From an uncultured Gemmatimonadales bacterium (GTDB lineage: Bacteria > Gemmatimonadota > Gemmatimonadetes > Longimicrobiales > Longimicrobiaceae), in assembly GCA_963716255.1 (NCBI GenBank), contig OY970303.1, positions 4,512,001 to 4,576,000 of the forward strand: a DNA stretch of 64,000 nt, in the 5' to 3' direction. The notes under the pieces are model-generated. The model was not told where the DNA came from. It searched no databases and saw only the letters and a list, made by a program, of their open reading frames with translations. Numbering within the stretch: position 1 is the stretch's first letter; each line of letters opens with the position of its first letter. This document shows positions 30,134 through 38,649 of this stretch, piece after piece. Position numbers and translations under genes: made by a program.

Positions 30134-30464
30134 GGATCCTCCTTGAAGGGTGTACCTCGGGATGGAAGCCACAAGCTAGCAGCGCACCGAATACGACAGC
30201 AACGAAGGTATAAGTGTGTAGGTGTCGTGGCCCGGTGGGTGGCGCATCGGTGCCCTCCCACGAGCAAGCTCCTGCCGCGTAACGGGGCAGGGCCTTGGCT
30301 GAATCGCCTCTCCTTGCCCAGCGTCCGTGTCGTGGTGGGCGGCACCCGTGGCAACGCTTCGTCCACGCTGCGGGTCGGCGCCGCCGGCCGGAAGTGACCG
30401 CGCCGGCCTCCGTCCCGTCCGTGACGCGCGGAAGTGCATCCCACCCTGGTTCCCGGAGGCTGCC

Positions 30465-30893
30465 ATGGTCACCACCCTTCGTCGGACGGCGCTCGTGCTG
30501 GGCGCGGCCGCTCTCGCCGCCTGCTCCCTTCCCCTGGACGCGGACCCGCACCCGGAGGGGGTGCGCATCGCCGTGGACCGCGCCGCCTACGCCCCGGGCG
30601 ACACCGTGGCCGCGCGCCTGGTGAACGACTCCGAGGCGACGCTGGGCTACAACCTGTGCTTCTCCACGCTGGAGCGGCAGCAGGGCGCGGAGTGGATCGC
30701 CGCCGACGAGCCGCTGATGATCTGCACCGCCGACCTGAAGGCGCTTCAGCCCGGGGAGAGCGTGGCGCACCGGCGCGAGCTGCCGGCCTGGCTGGAGAGC
30801 GGACGCTACCGGCTGAGGACCCACGTGACGTACCCGCTGACCGGCGGGGATCGCGCCGCGGTCCGATCCGCGGCCTTCACGGTCGCGCGCTAG
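30465..30893 (+). CDS. Lipoprotein with an Ig-like domain
   Basis: GGAGG RBS, LAAC lipobox, DRAAYAPGDTV, C..LER....W, CTADL..LQPGES, GRYRL. Confidence 0.75.
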   Translation: MVTTLRRTALVLGAAALAACSLPLDADPHPEGVRIAVDRAAYAPGDTVAARLVNDSEATLGYNLCFSTLERQQGAEWIAADEPLMICTADLKALQPGESVAHRRELPAWLESGRYRLRTHVTYPLTGGDRAAVRSAAFTVAR

Positions 30894-31072
30894 CTCCGCG
30901 GCTCCCCGCGCCGCGAGCGGCGGGAGACGCCCGGCGCCTCCCGCCGCATTCTGTTTCCGCCGGTCCCCAGGCTTGCGCTCCGGCCGGCGCGGGCCGACCT
31001 TGGGTCGCCCGCCGATCCCCGGCGGCGCGGGACCGTCCCGCCACGTCCACCGCCGGCCGCCGCGAGGCTCGC

Positions 31073-31420
31073 TTGGAGTACCAGACCCGGGTCAAGCTGT
31101 TCGTCGCCGACGCCCCCACCGAGTGGATCTCCGGCGCAATCGTCTGCCTGTACGACCGCGACCGGATCTCGCGGGACGACCACCTGGGCACCGACGTGAC
31201 CGACGCCTACGGCGAGGCGACCTTCCGGTACTCGGAGGAGCAGTTCATGGACGTGGACGACCGCATCGGCGGGTCGCTCCCGGAGCTGTACGTCATGGTG
31301 TACGACTCCGAGGGCCGCTGCGTGCTCTCCACCCGCGCGCAGGCGACTCCCAACGCGGCGCCGGACCTGCTGCGTGTGCCGGTTCCGCGCGACCTGGCGG
31401 CGCAGCACAAGCTCATCTGA
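31073..31420 (+). CDS. Hypothetical protein (prealbumin/transthyretin-like fold suspected)
   Basis: TTG start after GAGG; VCLYDRDRISRDDHLGTDVTDAYGE, PELYVMVYD. Confidence 0.6.
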   Translation: MEYQTRVKLFVADAPTEWISGAIVCLYDRDRISRDDHLGTDVTDAYGEATFRYSEEQFMDVDDRIGGSLPELYVMVYDSEGRCVLSTRAQATPNAAPDLLRVPVPRDLAAQHKLI

Positions 31421-31444
31421 GAAGCAGTTTCCAACGGCGGGTTC

Positions 31445-31577
31445 GGGCGTGCCTCCGGCTGGCGCCGGGTCGGGCTTCGGCTCCGTAGGGCTGCAAACAA
31501 CGCAGCCCAACGGAGTCGAGCCCCGGCGGAAACGGCCCCGCCTGGTCTCGCCCCTCCGGGCCGTAATCCCTCACGCG
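31445..31577 (-). repeat. R1 structured repeat, copy 4
   Basis: R1 core, reverse orientation, with small changes. Confidence 0.93.
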
Positions 31578-31610
31578 ACGGCAGGCCCTCTCCCCCGCCC
31601 GGCTGCCTGC

Positions 31611-32105
31611 CTAGGTGAGCAGGCGCTCCACGATCACCACGTCCTTCCACACCCCATCCAGCTGCCCGTGGCGGTGGTACACCCCCACCTCGCGGAAGCC
31701 GTGGCGGGCGCACAGGGCGCGCGAGGCCGCGTTCCCGGGGAAGATGCGCGAGACCAGCTTCCACAGCCCCGCCGCCTCGCAGGCGGGGAGGAAGACCGCC
31801 ATGAGCGCGTCGCCCACGCCCCGGCCGCGCGCCTCGCCGGCCACGTACACCGAGAACTCCGCGATCCCCGCGTAGCACTCCCGCGGCCGGTAGACCGACG
31901 CCGCCACCCACCCGGCGACCCCGCCGCCCGCCTCCGCCACCAGCACCGGGTGGCGCGCGTCGCCCAGCCAGGCGAGCACCTCGTCCGCGGCGCGCTCGCG
32001 GGTCTCGAAGGTGGCGCCCCGCCCGCGGATCCCCTCGTTGTAGATCTCCGCGACCCGGGGCGCGTCCTCCGCCCGCGCCGGCCGCACCCGCACGTCGCTC
32101 CTCAT
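31611..32105 (-). CDS. arsN1: GNAT N-acetyltransferase, arsinothricin/phosphinothricin (ArsN1-like)
   Basis: IYNEGI..R.ATFET, YRPRECYAGIAEFSVYV, WKLVSRIFPGNAASR, FREVGVYHRHGQLDGVWKDVVIVERL; next to arsM. Confidence 0.8.
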   Translation of the reverse strand: MRSDVRVRPARAEDAPRVAEIYNEGIRGRGATFETRERAADEVLAWLGDARHPVLVAEAGGGVAGWVAASVYRPRECYAGIAEFSVYVAGEARGRGVGDALMAVFLPACEAAGLWKLVSRIFPGNAASRALCARHGFREVGVYHRHGQLDGVWKDVVIVERLLT

Positions 32106-32304
32106 CGGGTCGCCCCTGGTTGCCTCGTCCGCCGGGAACAGCCGCCTCGCCGCGTAGAATCGTTGCGCATCGCGCCGGAACGAATGATCTTGCCCCGCGC
32201 GGCTCACCGGGAGCTCCGCGTCCCGTGCCGCCATCCGCCGCCGAATCCCGCTGGGCCTTGCCGCCTGCCGGATCGCCGGCGAACCACCCCTGCCCGTCCG
32301 ACTC

Positions 32305-32769
32305 ATGACAGCAAATCGCGAGTTGTCTCTGTATCGTCCGGCGCACGTCCGCGCCCTGGGCGGCGCGCGGATCGGTTTGGTCGCGGCGTGCGGCATGATC
32401 CTGTTCGGCGTCGTCTCGCTGCTGATCGGCGCCCTCTTTTCGTGGCTGACCGGCCGCGCCGGACCGGCCGGGTTCTCGATGGCGGATCTGCCCTGGCTGG
32501 GGCTGTACGTGACGGGCGGCGCCGTGTCGGGCGTGGTCGCAGGCCTTTTCCTCCCGCTGGCGAGGAACCGGGCGGGAGCCGCCCTGGCGGGCATCGCCGC
32601 CATTCAGCCGATACTCTACGTCGTGGTGTGGATCATCGACCATTTCGAGCCGGGGCCGCAGGACGCGGTCGCCACCGCCGCCGTCTGGATCGTGATGACG
32701 CTCATGCTCGGGCCCATCATCGGGCTCAGGTGGATCCGCCCCTATCACGACGGGTCCGCGGCCCGCTGA
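32305..32769 (+). CDS. Hypothetical membrane protein (about 4 TM)
   Basis: Four hydrophobic segments; opposite strand to the ars genes. Confidence 0.6.
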   Translation: MTANRELSLYRPAHVRALGGARIGLVAACGMILFGVVSLLIGALFSWLTGRAGPAGFSMADLPWLGLYVTGGAVSGVVAGLFLPLARNRAGAALAGIAAIQPILYVVVWIIDHFEPGPQDAVATAAVWIVMTLMLGPIIGLRWIRPYHDGSAAR

Positions 32770-32816
32770 AGCCTACGCGGCGCGTGCCCCGCGCCGCGTA
32801 GGCTCCTCCCGGCAGG

Positions 32817-33689
32817 CTAGGCACAGCAGCCCGGCGGGCAGCAGGGCGACGCCTTTGCCTCCGCCCGCGCGGCGAGCGGCTTGCGGGCCCGCACGAAGGC
32901 GCCCATGAAGCGCCCGTCCACCTCCGGGGCGATCGCGTCCGCGTCCATCCCCGCGCCCTCCAAGAAGGCCCGCGCGTCCTCCGCCCGGTAAACGCGCGTC
33001 GGCTCGATCTCCACGTCCTCGAAGCCCACCTCCTTCAGCAGGCGCCGGAACTCCCCCTCCTCCAGCGCCCCGGCGACGCACCCCACCCACAGCTCCATGC
33101 TGCGGCGCATCTCCGCCGGCACCTCGCCGCGCACCACCACGTCCGACACGGCGAAGCGGCCGCCCGGCTTCAGCACCCGGAACGCCTCGCGCAGCACCCG
33201 CGGCTTGTCGGCGGACAGGTTGATGACGCAGTTGGAGATGACCACGTCCACCGCCGCGTCGGGAAGCGGGACCTCCTCGATGTGCCCCTTGAGGAACTCC
33301 ACGTTCTCCACCCCCGCCTCGCGCTGGTTGCGGCGCGCCAGCTCCAGCATCTCGTCCGTCATGTCCAGCCCGTACGCCCTCCCGGCCGGTCCCACGCGCC
33401 TGGCCGAAAGCAGCACGTCGATCCCCCCGCCCGAGCCCAGGTCCAGCACCGTCTCCCCCTCGTTCAGCTGCGCCAGCGCCGTGGGGTTGCCGCACCCCAG
33501 CGAGGCGAGCACCGCCTGCTCCGGGAGCCCCGCCGTCTGCGCGTCGTCGTACAGGTTGGAGGTGATGGGGTCGCAGGATCCGTTGAACGCCGCGCCCCCG
33601 CAGCACGAGCTGCCGCCCCCCGCCGCCACCCGCAGCGCCGCCTCGCCGTACTTTTCCCGCACCGTCGCCCGGATGTCCGTCGTGCTCAT
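32817..33689 (-). CDS. arsM: Arsenite S-adenosylmethionine methyltransferase
   Basis: SSCCG, DPITSNLY, SLGCGNPTALA, VLDLGSGGGID, ISNCVINLS, WVGCVAGAL, C-terminal CC..CC. Confidence 0.95.
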   Translation of the reverse strand: MSTTDIRATVREKYGEAALRVAAGGGSSCCGGAAFNGSCDPITSNLYDDAQTAGLPEQAVLASLGCGNPTALAQLNEGETVLDLGSGGGIDVLLSARRVGPAGRAYGLDMTDEMLELARRNQREAGVENVEFLKGHIEEVPLPDAAVDVVISNCVINLSADKPRVLREAFRVLKPGGRFAVSDVVVRGEVPAEMRRSMELWVGCVAGALEEGEFRRLLKEVGFEDVEIEPTRVYRAEDARAFLEGAGMDADAIAPEVDGRFMGAFVRARKPLAARAEAKASPCCPPGCCA

Positions 33690-33800
33690 GGTCGTGTCTC
33701 CCGTATGGGGTTTCCAAGTCTACAACGCGATGGGTCCCGCGCGCACGGCCTTCTCCAGCCTCCGGCCGTCCGGTCCACTTTTCTGCATTCTCGGCTGATC

Positions 33801-33820
33801 AATCACTTGTCACTTGCAAC
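33801..33820. promoter_or_regulatory. Operator-like site upstream of arsM
   Basis: AATCACTTGTCACTTGCAAC, 18/20 identical to 34402-34421. Confidence 0.65.
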
Positions 33821-33856
33821 TATCGGTGCACAGGAAAGCCCCTCTTCCCGCATCCA

Positions 33857-34384
33857 TCACCGGATGGCGCAGCAGGCGCCGCCGGTGGTGTCCACGCGCG
33901 CCGCCGCCGCGCGGGCGAGCTGGCCGATCAGCTTCGCCATGGACCGCCGGACCTCGGGTGGGAACTCCGCCAGCAGCTCCCGCTCCTGCGCCAGGATGTC
34001 GCCCTGGATGCGCGCGTGCAGGCCGCGCCCCTCCGCAGTGGCGACCAGCTGCAGCGCGCGCCGGTCCTCCTCGTGGGTCCGCCGCTCCACGTAGCCCTTC
34101 TTTTCCAGAGCATCCACCACGCGGCTGGCCGTGCTCTTGTCCAGGTACAGCCGCGCGGCAAGGTCGTTGAGGCCCAGCGGCCCCTCCAGCACCACCGCCT
34201 CCAGCGCGTAGCACTGCGACACCGACACGTCGTAGCAGCAGATGCGGTCGCGGTCACGGAACTGGTACACGCGCACCAGCTCCGTGAGGGCGCGGTTCAG
34301 CTCCACGGTGTCCGCGTCCAGCCGCTCGGCGGCGCCCAGGATCGGCAGGGGCTTCGATGCTTGCGTGGGAGTTCGTGTGGGCAT
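33857..34384 (-). CDS. MarR-family regulator with vicinal cysteines (probable arsenic sensor)
   Basis: RDRDRICCYDVSVSQCYAL, LYLDKSTASRVVDALE, EDRRA, C-terminal ACC. Confidence 0.85.
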   Translation of the reverse strand: MPTRTPTQASKPLPILGAAERLDADTVELNRALTELVRVYQFRDRDRICCYDVSVSQCYALEAVVLEGPLGLNDLAARLYLDKSTASRVVDALEKKGYVERRTHEEDRRALQLVATAEGRGLHARIQGDILAQERELLAEFPPEVRRSMAKLIGQLARAAAARVDTTGGACCAIR

Positions 34385-34401
34385 GGTCCCGCGTCTGAGT
34401 A

Positions 34402-34465
34402 AATCAGTTGTCAGTTGCAACCGCTTCCGCACGAAAGGATAGTTGCGACTAGCAACCGATGTCAA
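34402..34465 (-). promoter_or_regulatory. marR promoter with two GTTG(C/T)-N5-GCAAC operators
   Basis: Minus-strand TTGACA (34460-34465), 18-bp spacer, TATCCT (34436-34441); palindromes at 34442-34456 and 34407-34421. Confidence 0.75.
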
Positions 34466-34493
34466 GGGTCTCGTTTCGGTGGGCGTCGGCGGG

Positions 34494-34625
34494 GCCGCTA
34501 CGGAGCCCGGCCAAACTGCCAGCCGGTCTCCTCCGCGGGCTCCGGGAGCCACCGGAAACTGCCCCGGTGTCTCCCTGCGCCGGAGGGAGCCAGCCGGAAA
34601 CCGCCCCGGCTGTCTCCCTCCGGAC
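34494..34625 (+). repeat. R2 structured repeat, copy B
   Basis: Three GAGCC..GTCTC modules; arms 1 and 3 differ from copy A but still pair. Confidence 0.9.
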
Positions 34626-34651
34626 AGACGGATGTGGATACAGCGAAAACG

Positions 34652-34692
34652 AACGGCGCCCCCACCCCGGCATCGAGGTGGGGGCGCCGTTC
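34652..34692. terminator. AACGGCGCCCC hairpin following R2
   Basis: AACGGCGCCCCCA...TGGGGGCGCCGTT; related hairpins at 37412-37451 and 38274-38315. Confidence 0.55.
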
Positions 34693-34715
34693 GCAGGCTG
34701 TTCCCTGTTCCCTAT

Positions 34716-35219
34716 CTATCTCGTCACCCGCACGTCGCCGCGCAGCAGCGTCATCGGCCCGAAGCTGGGCTGGCCGAGCACTCCCGCGTCCACGCCCACC
34801 GTGCCGTCCAGCTGGTAGCGGATGGGGCCGCCGGTCACGGCGCGGCTGAGGGTGCTCGCCAGGCCGGGGAGGTCGGCGAAGCTGATGCTGATCTCCAGCG
34901 GCACCAGCGCTTCCTGGCCGGGCTGGAGCGGGACGCCCAGCGGGAAGTCCACCTGGGCGGCCTGCTGGCCCTCCAGGAGAAGGCCGCCGCGCAGGGAGGA
35001 GAGCGTCATCCCCAGGGGGTTGGGGTTGGTGACCCGCGCGTACAGGCGGATCGCCGCGCCGCCCAGCGGGCGGCCCACGCCGGGGGCCAGCAGGCGCAGC
35101 TCCTCCGGGCGGTCCTCCGCCACGCGGAAGGTGGGGGGCTGGATCACCTGGCCCAGCGTCGCGCAGCCGGGGGCCAGGGCGAGGAGCAGCAGCAGCGCGC
35201 CGCGTCGGAGTGCCGTCAT
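34716..35219 (-). CDS. LEA type 2 / WHy-domain lipoprotein
   Basis: Lipobox APGC; VTNPNPLG, PLQPGQEALVPLEISI, IRYQLDGTV. Confidence 0.85.
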   Translation of the reverse strand: MTALRRGALLLLLALAPGCATLGQVIQPPTFRVAEDRPEELRLLAPGVGRPLGGAAIRLYARVTNPNPLGMTLSSLRGGLLLEGQQAAQVDFPLGVPLQPGQEALVPLEISISFADLPGLASTLSRAVTGGPIRYQLDGTVGVDAGVLGQPSFGPMTLLRGDVRVTR

Positions 35220-35304
35220 GTCGCGTCTCCCGGTCTCCGCGCCGCCACGGGCGGCGGCGCGTCGTTGCAGTGTCGGGTGTTCGGGGGTGGCTGTTCCCGG
35301 CAAT

Positions 35305-35381
35305 GCAACGCGTGTGCCCCAGCCGGGCTCGGCGGGCGCCCACGCATGCACAAACCCCTGAAGTGCTGGAATGGAAGCTGC
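35305..35381. promoter_or_regulatory. Divergent sigma54-type -24/-12 promoters
   Basis: Minus strand GGCACACGCGTTGCA (GG..GC at 35318-35305); plus strand TGGAATGGAAGCTGCAT (GG..GC at 35368-35381). Confidence 0.55.
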
Positions 35382-35467
35382 ATACCCGTGGCCTTCCCCC
35401 GTCACCGCCGCGCGGAGCCGGGAGCGCAGGGAAGAGCCCGGAAACTCATCACCTCAAGGAGGGAAGG

Positions 35468-36445
35468 TTGGACACTCACACGACCGGCCAGGCGGGGAGC
35501 CTCACGCCCGCCTCATCCGAGATCCTGGACGGCCTCAACGACCTCCTCCAGCTGGACCACGACGCCATCGGCGCGTACGAGATCGCCATCGACAAGCTCC
35601 AGGACCGCGACAACGCCCAGCAGATCGCCGGGTTCAAGCGCGACCACGAGCGGCACATCCAGGAGCTCAACCTGGCCATCGCCGGGCTGGGCGGCACGCC
35701 GAAGAACGAGCCGCACGCCACCGGGCCCTTCAAGCAGGCGCTGCAGAGCCTGGGCGGCCTGGCGGGCGACAGGGGGCTGCTGATCGCCTGGCGGACCAAC
35801 GAGCTGCAGGTGCGCACCCGGTACGACGCGTACGCCAGCAAGGCGAACCACTGGGGCCCCGACCTCAAGCGCCTGGTGGACCGCAACGCGCTGGACGAGG
35901 AGCGACACTACGAGTGGGTGACCCGCGCGCTGCAGGGCATGGGCGTGGGTACCGCCGAGGGTGCGGAGCCGGACGCCGCGACCCGGGCGGACGAGGGCGG
36001 TTCCACGGGAGGGCTGTCGGGGCTCCGCGAGCGCGCGGCGGACGTGGCCGGCACCGCACGCGACAAGGTGGCCGATGTCGCCGGCACGGCGCGGGACAGG
36101 GTGGCGGACGTGGCCGGCAGCGCCCGCGAGCGGGTGGGCGGCGCGGCGGAGAGCGCGCGCGACCGCGTGGGCGCGGTCCCCGGGCAGCTGCGCGAGGGTG
36201 TGGCCGGGGGGCTGGAGTCGGTGGCCAACCGCATCTCGCACCTGGTGGACGCGGAGGAGGGCGGGCGCATGGCCGGGGTGGCCGGCGGCGTCGCCGGGGG
36301 GATGGAGAGCACCGCGCGCTACGTGCGCGAGGGGAACGTGGAAGAGCTGCGGCGCGACTTCGAGGGGCAGGTGCGCCGCAGTCCCGTGCAGACGCTGCTG
36401 GCCGCGGCGCTGGCGGGTTTCGTGATCGGCCGAATCCTTCGCTAA
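35468..36445 (+). CDS. Ferritin-like domain protein with helical repeats and an ElaB/YqjD-like C-terminal anchor
   Basis: TTG start after AAGGAGG; LNDLLQLDHDAIGAY, DHERH, DEERH; ADVAGTARD repeats; RRSPVQTLLAAALAGFVIGRILR. Confidence 0.8.
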   Translation: MDTHTTGQAGSLTPASSEILDGLNDLLQLDHDAIGAYEIAIDKLQDRDNAQQIAGFKRDHERHIQELNLAIAGLGGTPKNEPHATGPFKQALQSLGGLAGDRGLLIAWRTNELQVRTRYDAYASKANHWGPDLKRLVDRNALDEERHYEWVTRALQGMGVGTAEGAEPDAATRADEGGSTGGLSGLRERAADVAGTARDKVADVAGTARDRVADVAGSARERVGGAAESARDRVGAVPGQLREGVAGGLESVANRISHLVDAEEGGRMAGVAGGVAGGMESTARYVREGNVEELRRDFEGQVRRSPVQTLLAAALAGFVIGRILR

Positions 36446-36457
36446 AGGAGAGCCCAC

Positions 36458-37228
36458 ATGGCTGAGATTCGCACGGAGCGCGAGGAGATGCCGACCACGC
36501 CCCGGTCCGACGTGCACGCCGCCGAGAACCTGACCGACCGGCCCGCCGACCACCTGCCGTCGGGGCACGCCCTCCCGGGCGGGACCCCGTCGGCGAGGAC
36601 CACGGCGGACCCCTCCGCCGTCGTCGCGGACGACCCGGAGGCGGTCCGCTCCGAGATCGAGCAGACGCGCGAGCGGATGTCCTCCACCATCGACGAGATC
36701 GAGAGCGTCCTCGCCCGCAAGAAGGAGGCGATCCAGGACAGGCTGGACGTGCTCGCCCCCATCCGGGAGCGGCCACTCCCCGCCACCGGGATCGCCTTCG
36801 GGGTGGGGCTGGCGCTGGGGTTGCTCACCGGCGGCGGCGACGACTCCGACAACGCCCCGCGCGCGCAATCGCCCGGCCCGGGGCTGGGCGCGCTCGGCAT
36901 GGGCGCGGGCGCAGGCGAGGACCACGAGCCCTTCTCGGGCGACTCGGCCGAGCGTGCGGCGATGTGGGAGAGCCGGGCGCGGCGCCTCCTGCGGGTCGCG
37001 CGGGAGCAGGAGGAGCAGATCCGCGAGCTCAAGGAGCGCTACGGCACCCTGTACGCCCGCGAGGTGGAGCTGTCGGGGGCGGGGTGGGAGGACAACGAGG
37101 CCGCGAGCGGCGAGCTGATGTCCAGCGTCGGCAACCTGCGCGACACGGTGCTGCACGGGATCACGGGGTTCCTCACCGACGCCTTCCACCAGATGGGGAA
37201 GAGCGGGACACCGACGTCGCAGGCGTAG
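36458..37228 (+). CDS. DUF3618-like protein
   Basis: DPEAVRSEIEQTRERMSSTIDEI; ERPLPATGIAFGVGLALG. Confidence 0.75.
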   Translation: MAEIRTEREEMPTTPRSDVHAAENLTDRPADHLPSGHALPGGTPSARTTADPSAVVADDPEAVRSEIEQTRERMSSTIDEIESVLARKKEAIQDRLDVLAPIRERPLPATGIAFGVGLALGLLTGGGDDSDNAPRAQSPGPGLGALGMGAGAGEDHEPFSGDSAERAAMWESRARRLLRVAREQEEQIRELKERYGTLYAREVELSGAGWEDNEAASGELMSSVGNLRDTVLHGITGFLTDAFHQMGKSGTPTSQA

Positions 37229-37257
37229 CGGGTTCGTCTTCGGCGGGTTCTGGGGGG

Positions 37258-37386
37258 GCCGCTGCGGAGCCGGACGATACTGCCGTCCGTCTCCTCCGGG
37301 GGCTACGGGAGCCCCGGGAAACTGCCCCCGGGTCTCCCTGCGCCGAGGGGAGCCTCGCCAAACAGCCGGCGAGTCTCCCCCCGAAC
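37258..37386 (+). repeat. R2 structured repeat, copy C
   Basis: Three GAGCC..GTCTC modules. Confidence 0.9.
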
Positions 37387-37478
37387 AGCTTTTGGGAACT
37401 ATGGGAGCGGCAACGGCGCCCTCGGCGGGGAGATCCCGGCGGGGGCGCCGTCGCATGCTTCGTACTGCCGCCGACTCC

Positions 37479-37500
37479 CGCACTTTCGCACTTTCGCACT
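37479..37500. repeat. Heptamer tandem repeat (CGCACTT)x3
   Basis: CGCACTTTCGCACTTTCGCACT (unit about 7-8 nt). Confidence 0.7.
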
Positions 37501-37517
37501 GCCCCTATCTTTCCCGC

Positions 37518-38255
37518 ATGGCTTATCTCCGCGTCACCCCCCGCGGCCTGCTCGCCGCCGTTCTCGCGCTGGTCGTGGCCGCTACGTGTGTGCGGCTGGG
37601 GTTCTGGCAGCTGGACCGGCTGGAGGGGCGGCGGGCGCGAAACGCGGCGGTGGGCGCGGCGGGCGCGCTCCCCATGCTGGCGCTGGACTCCGCGGCGCTC
37701 GCGGCGGTGGCGCGCAGCCCCGCGGCGTACGTGAACCGGCGCGTGCGCGTGCGCGGCACGTACGACCCGGCGGGGGAGGTGGTGCTGCGCGGCCGCGCCC
37801 GCGAGGGGCAGCCGGGCGTCCACCTGGTGACGCCGCTGCGGGTGGCGGGGGGCGGGGGCGCGGTGCTGGTGAACCGCGGCTGGGCGCCCTCGCCGGACGG
37901 CGCCACGGTGCGGCGGGCGCCGTTCGCGGAGCCCGGAGAGCGCGAGGTGGTGGGGCTCCTCCAGGAGATCCCCGTCACGGACGACGGCGGCCAGCCCGCC
38001 GCCGCCGCCGGGCGCGACACCACCTTCCGCCGCCTGGACCTGGCCGCGGTCCGCGCCCGCGCCCCCTACCTCCTGCTGCCCCTGTACGTGCAGCAGCTCC
38101 CCGACTCCGCAGCCCCCCGCGACCGCCCCCCCTTCCGCGTTCCCCCGCCCGAGCTGGGCGAGGGCCCGCACCTGGGCTACGCGATCCAGTGGTTCAGCTT
38201 CGCCGCCATCGCCGTGGTGGGGTTCCTGGTGGTGGCGCTGCGGAAAAAGACGTAA
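37518..38255 (+). CDS. SURF1-family protein
   Basis: LGFWQLDR, GVHLVTPL, VLVNRGW, HLGYAIQWFSFA. Confidence 0.92.
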   Translation: MAYLRVTPRGLLAAVLALVVAATCVRLGFWQLDRLEGRRARNAAVGAAGALPMLALDSAALAAVARSPAAYVNRRVRVRGTYDPAGEVVLRGRAREGQPGVHLVTPLRVAGGGGAVLVNRGWAPSPDGATVRRAPFAEPGEREVVGLLQEIPVTDDGGQPAAAAGRDTTFRRLDLAAVRARAPYLLLPLYVQQLPDSAAPRDRPPFRVPPPELGEGPHLGYAIQWFSFAAIAVVGFLVVALRKKT

Positions 38256-38350
38256 TGGAAGTGCGAGAGTGCGAAACGGCGCCCCCACCTGGATCTCCGG
38301 GCGGGGGCGCCGTTTTGCCGTTCGTCGTTCCGTAGTACCCACGTGAATAT

Positions 38351-38494
38351 GCTCGGGGGGAGACTCGCCGGCGCCGCAGTTCAAAGGCGCTGTGCGAGGC
38401 TCACCCCGGCGCAGGGAGACAGGGCGGCTGTTTGGCCTGGCTCCCGGAGCCCGCGCAGGAGACCGGCAGCAGTACCGCCGGGCTCCGTAGCGGC
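38351..38494 (-). repeat. R2 structured repeat, copy D (third module extended)
   Basis: Reverse-complement R2 with a longer hairpin in module 3. Confidence 0.85.
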
Positions 38495-38649
38495 CCCTTC
38501 GAAGCTCGCCTGGACACCCCGCAACATACGCGTCCGCAGAAACATGGCACGGATCGCGGTGTGCCTCTTGCATACGCTGGGCACTCCCCAAAAGTCGGTA
38601 CGGGGTGCTGGGAAACGAAGCAGCCCACCATCGGAAAAAGGGAGGACGC

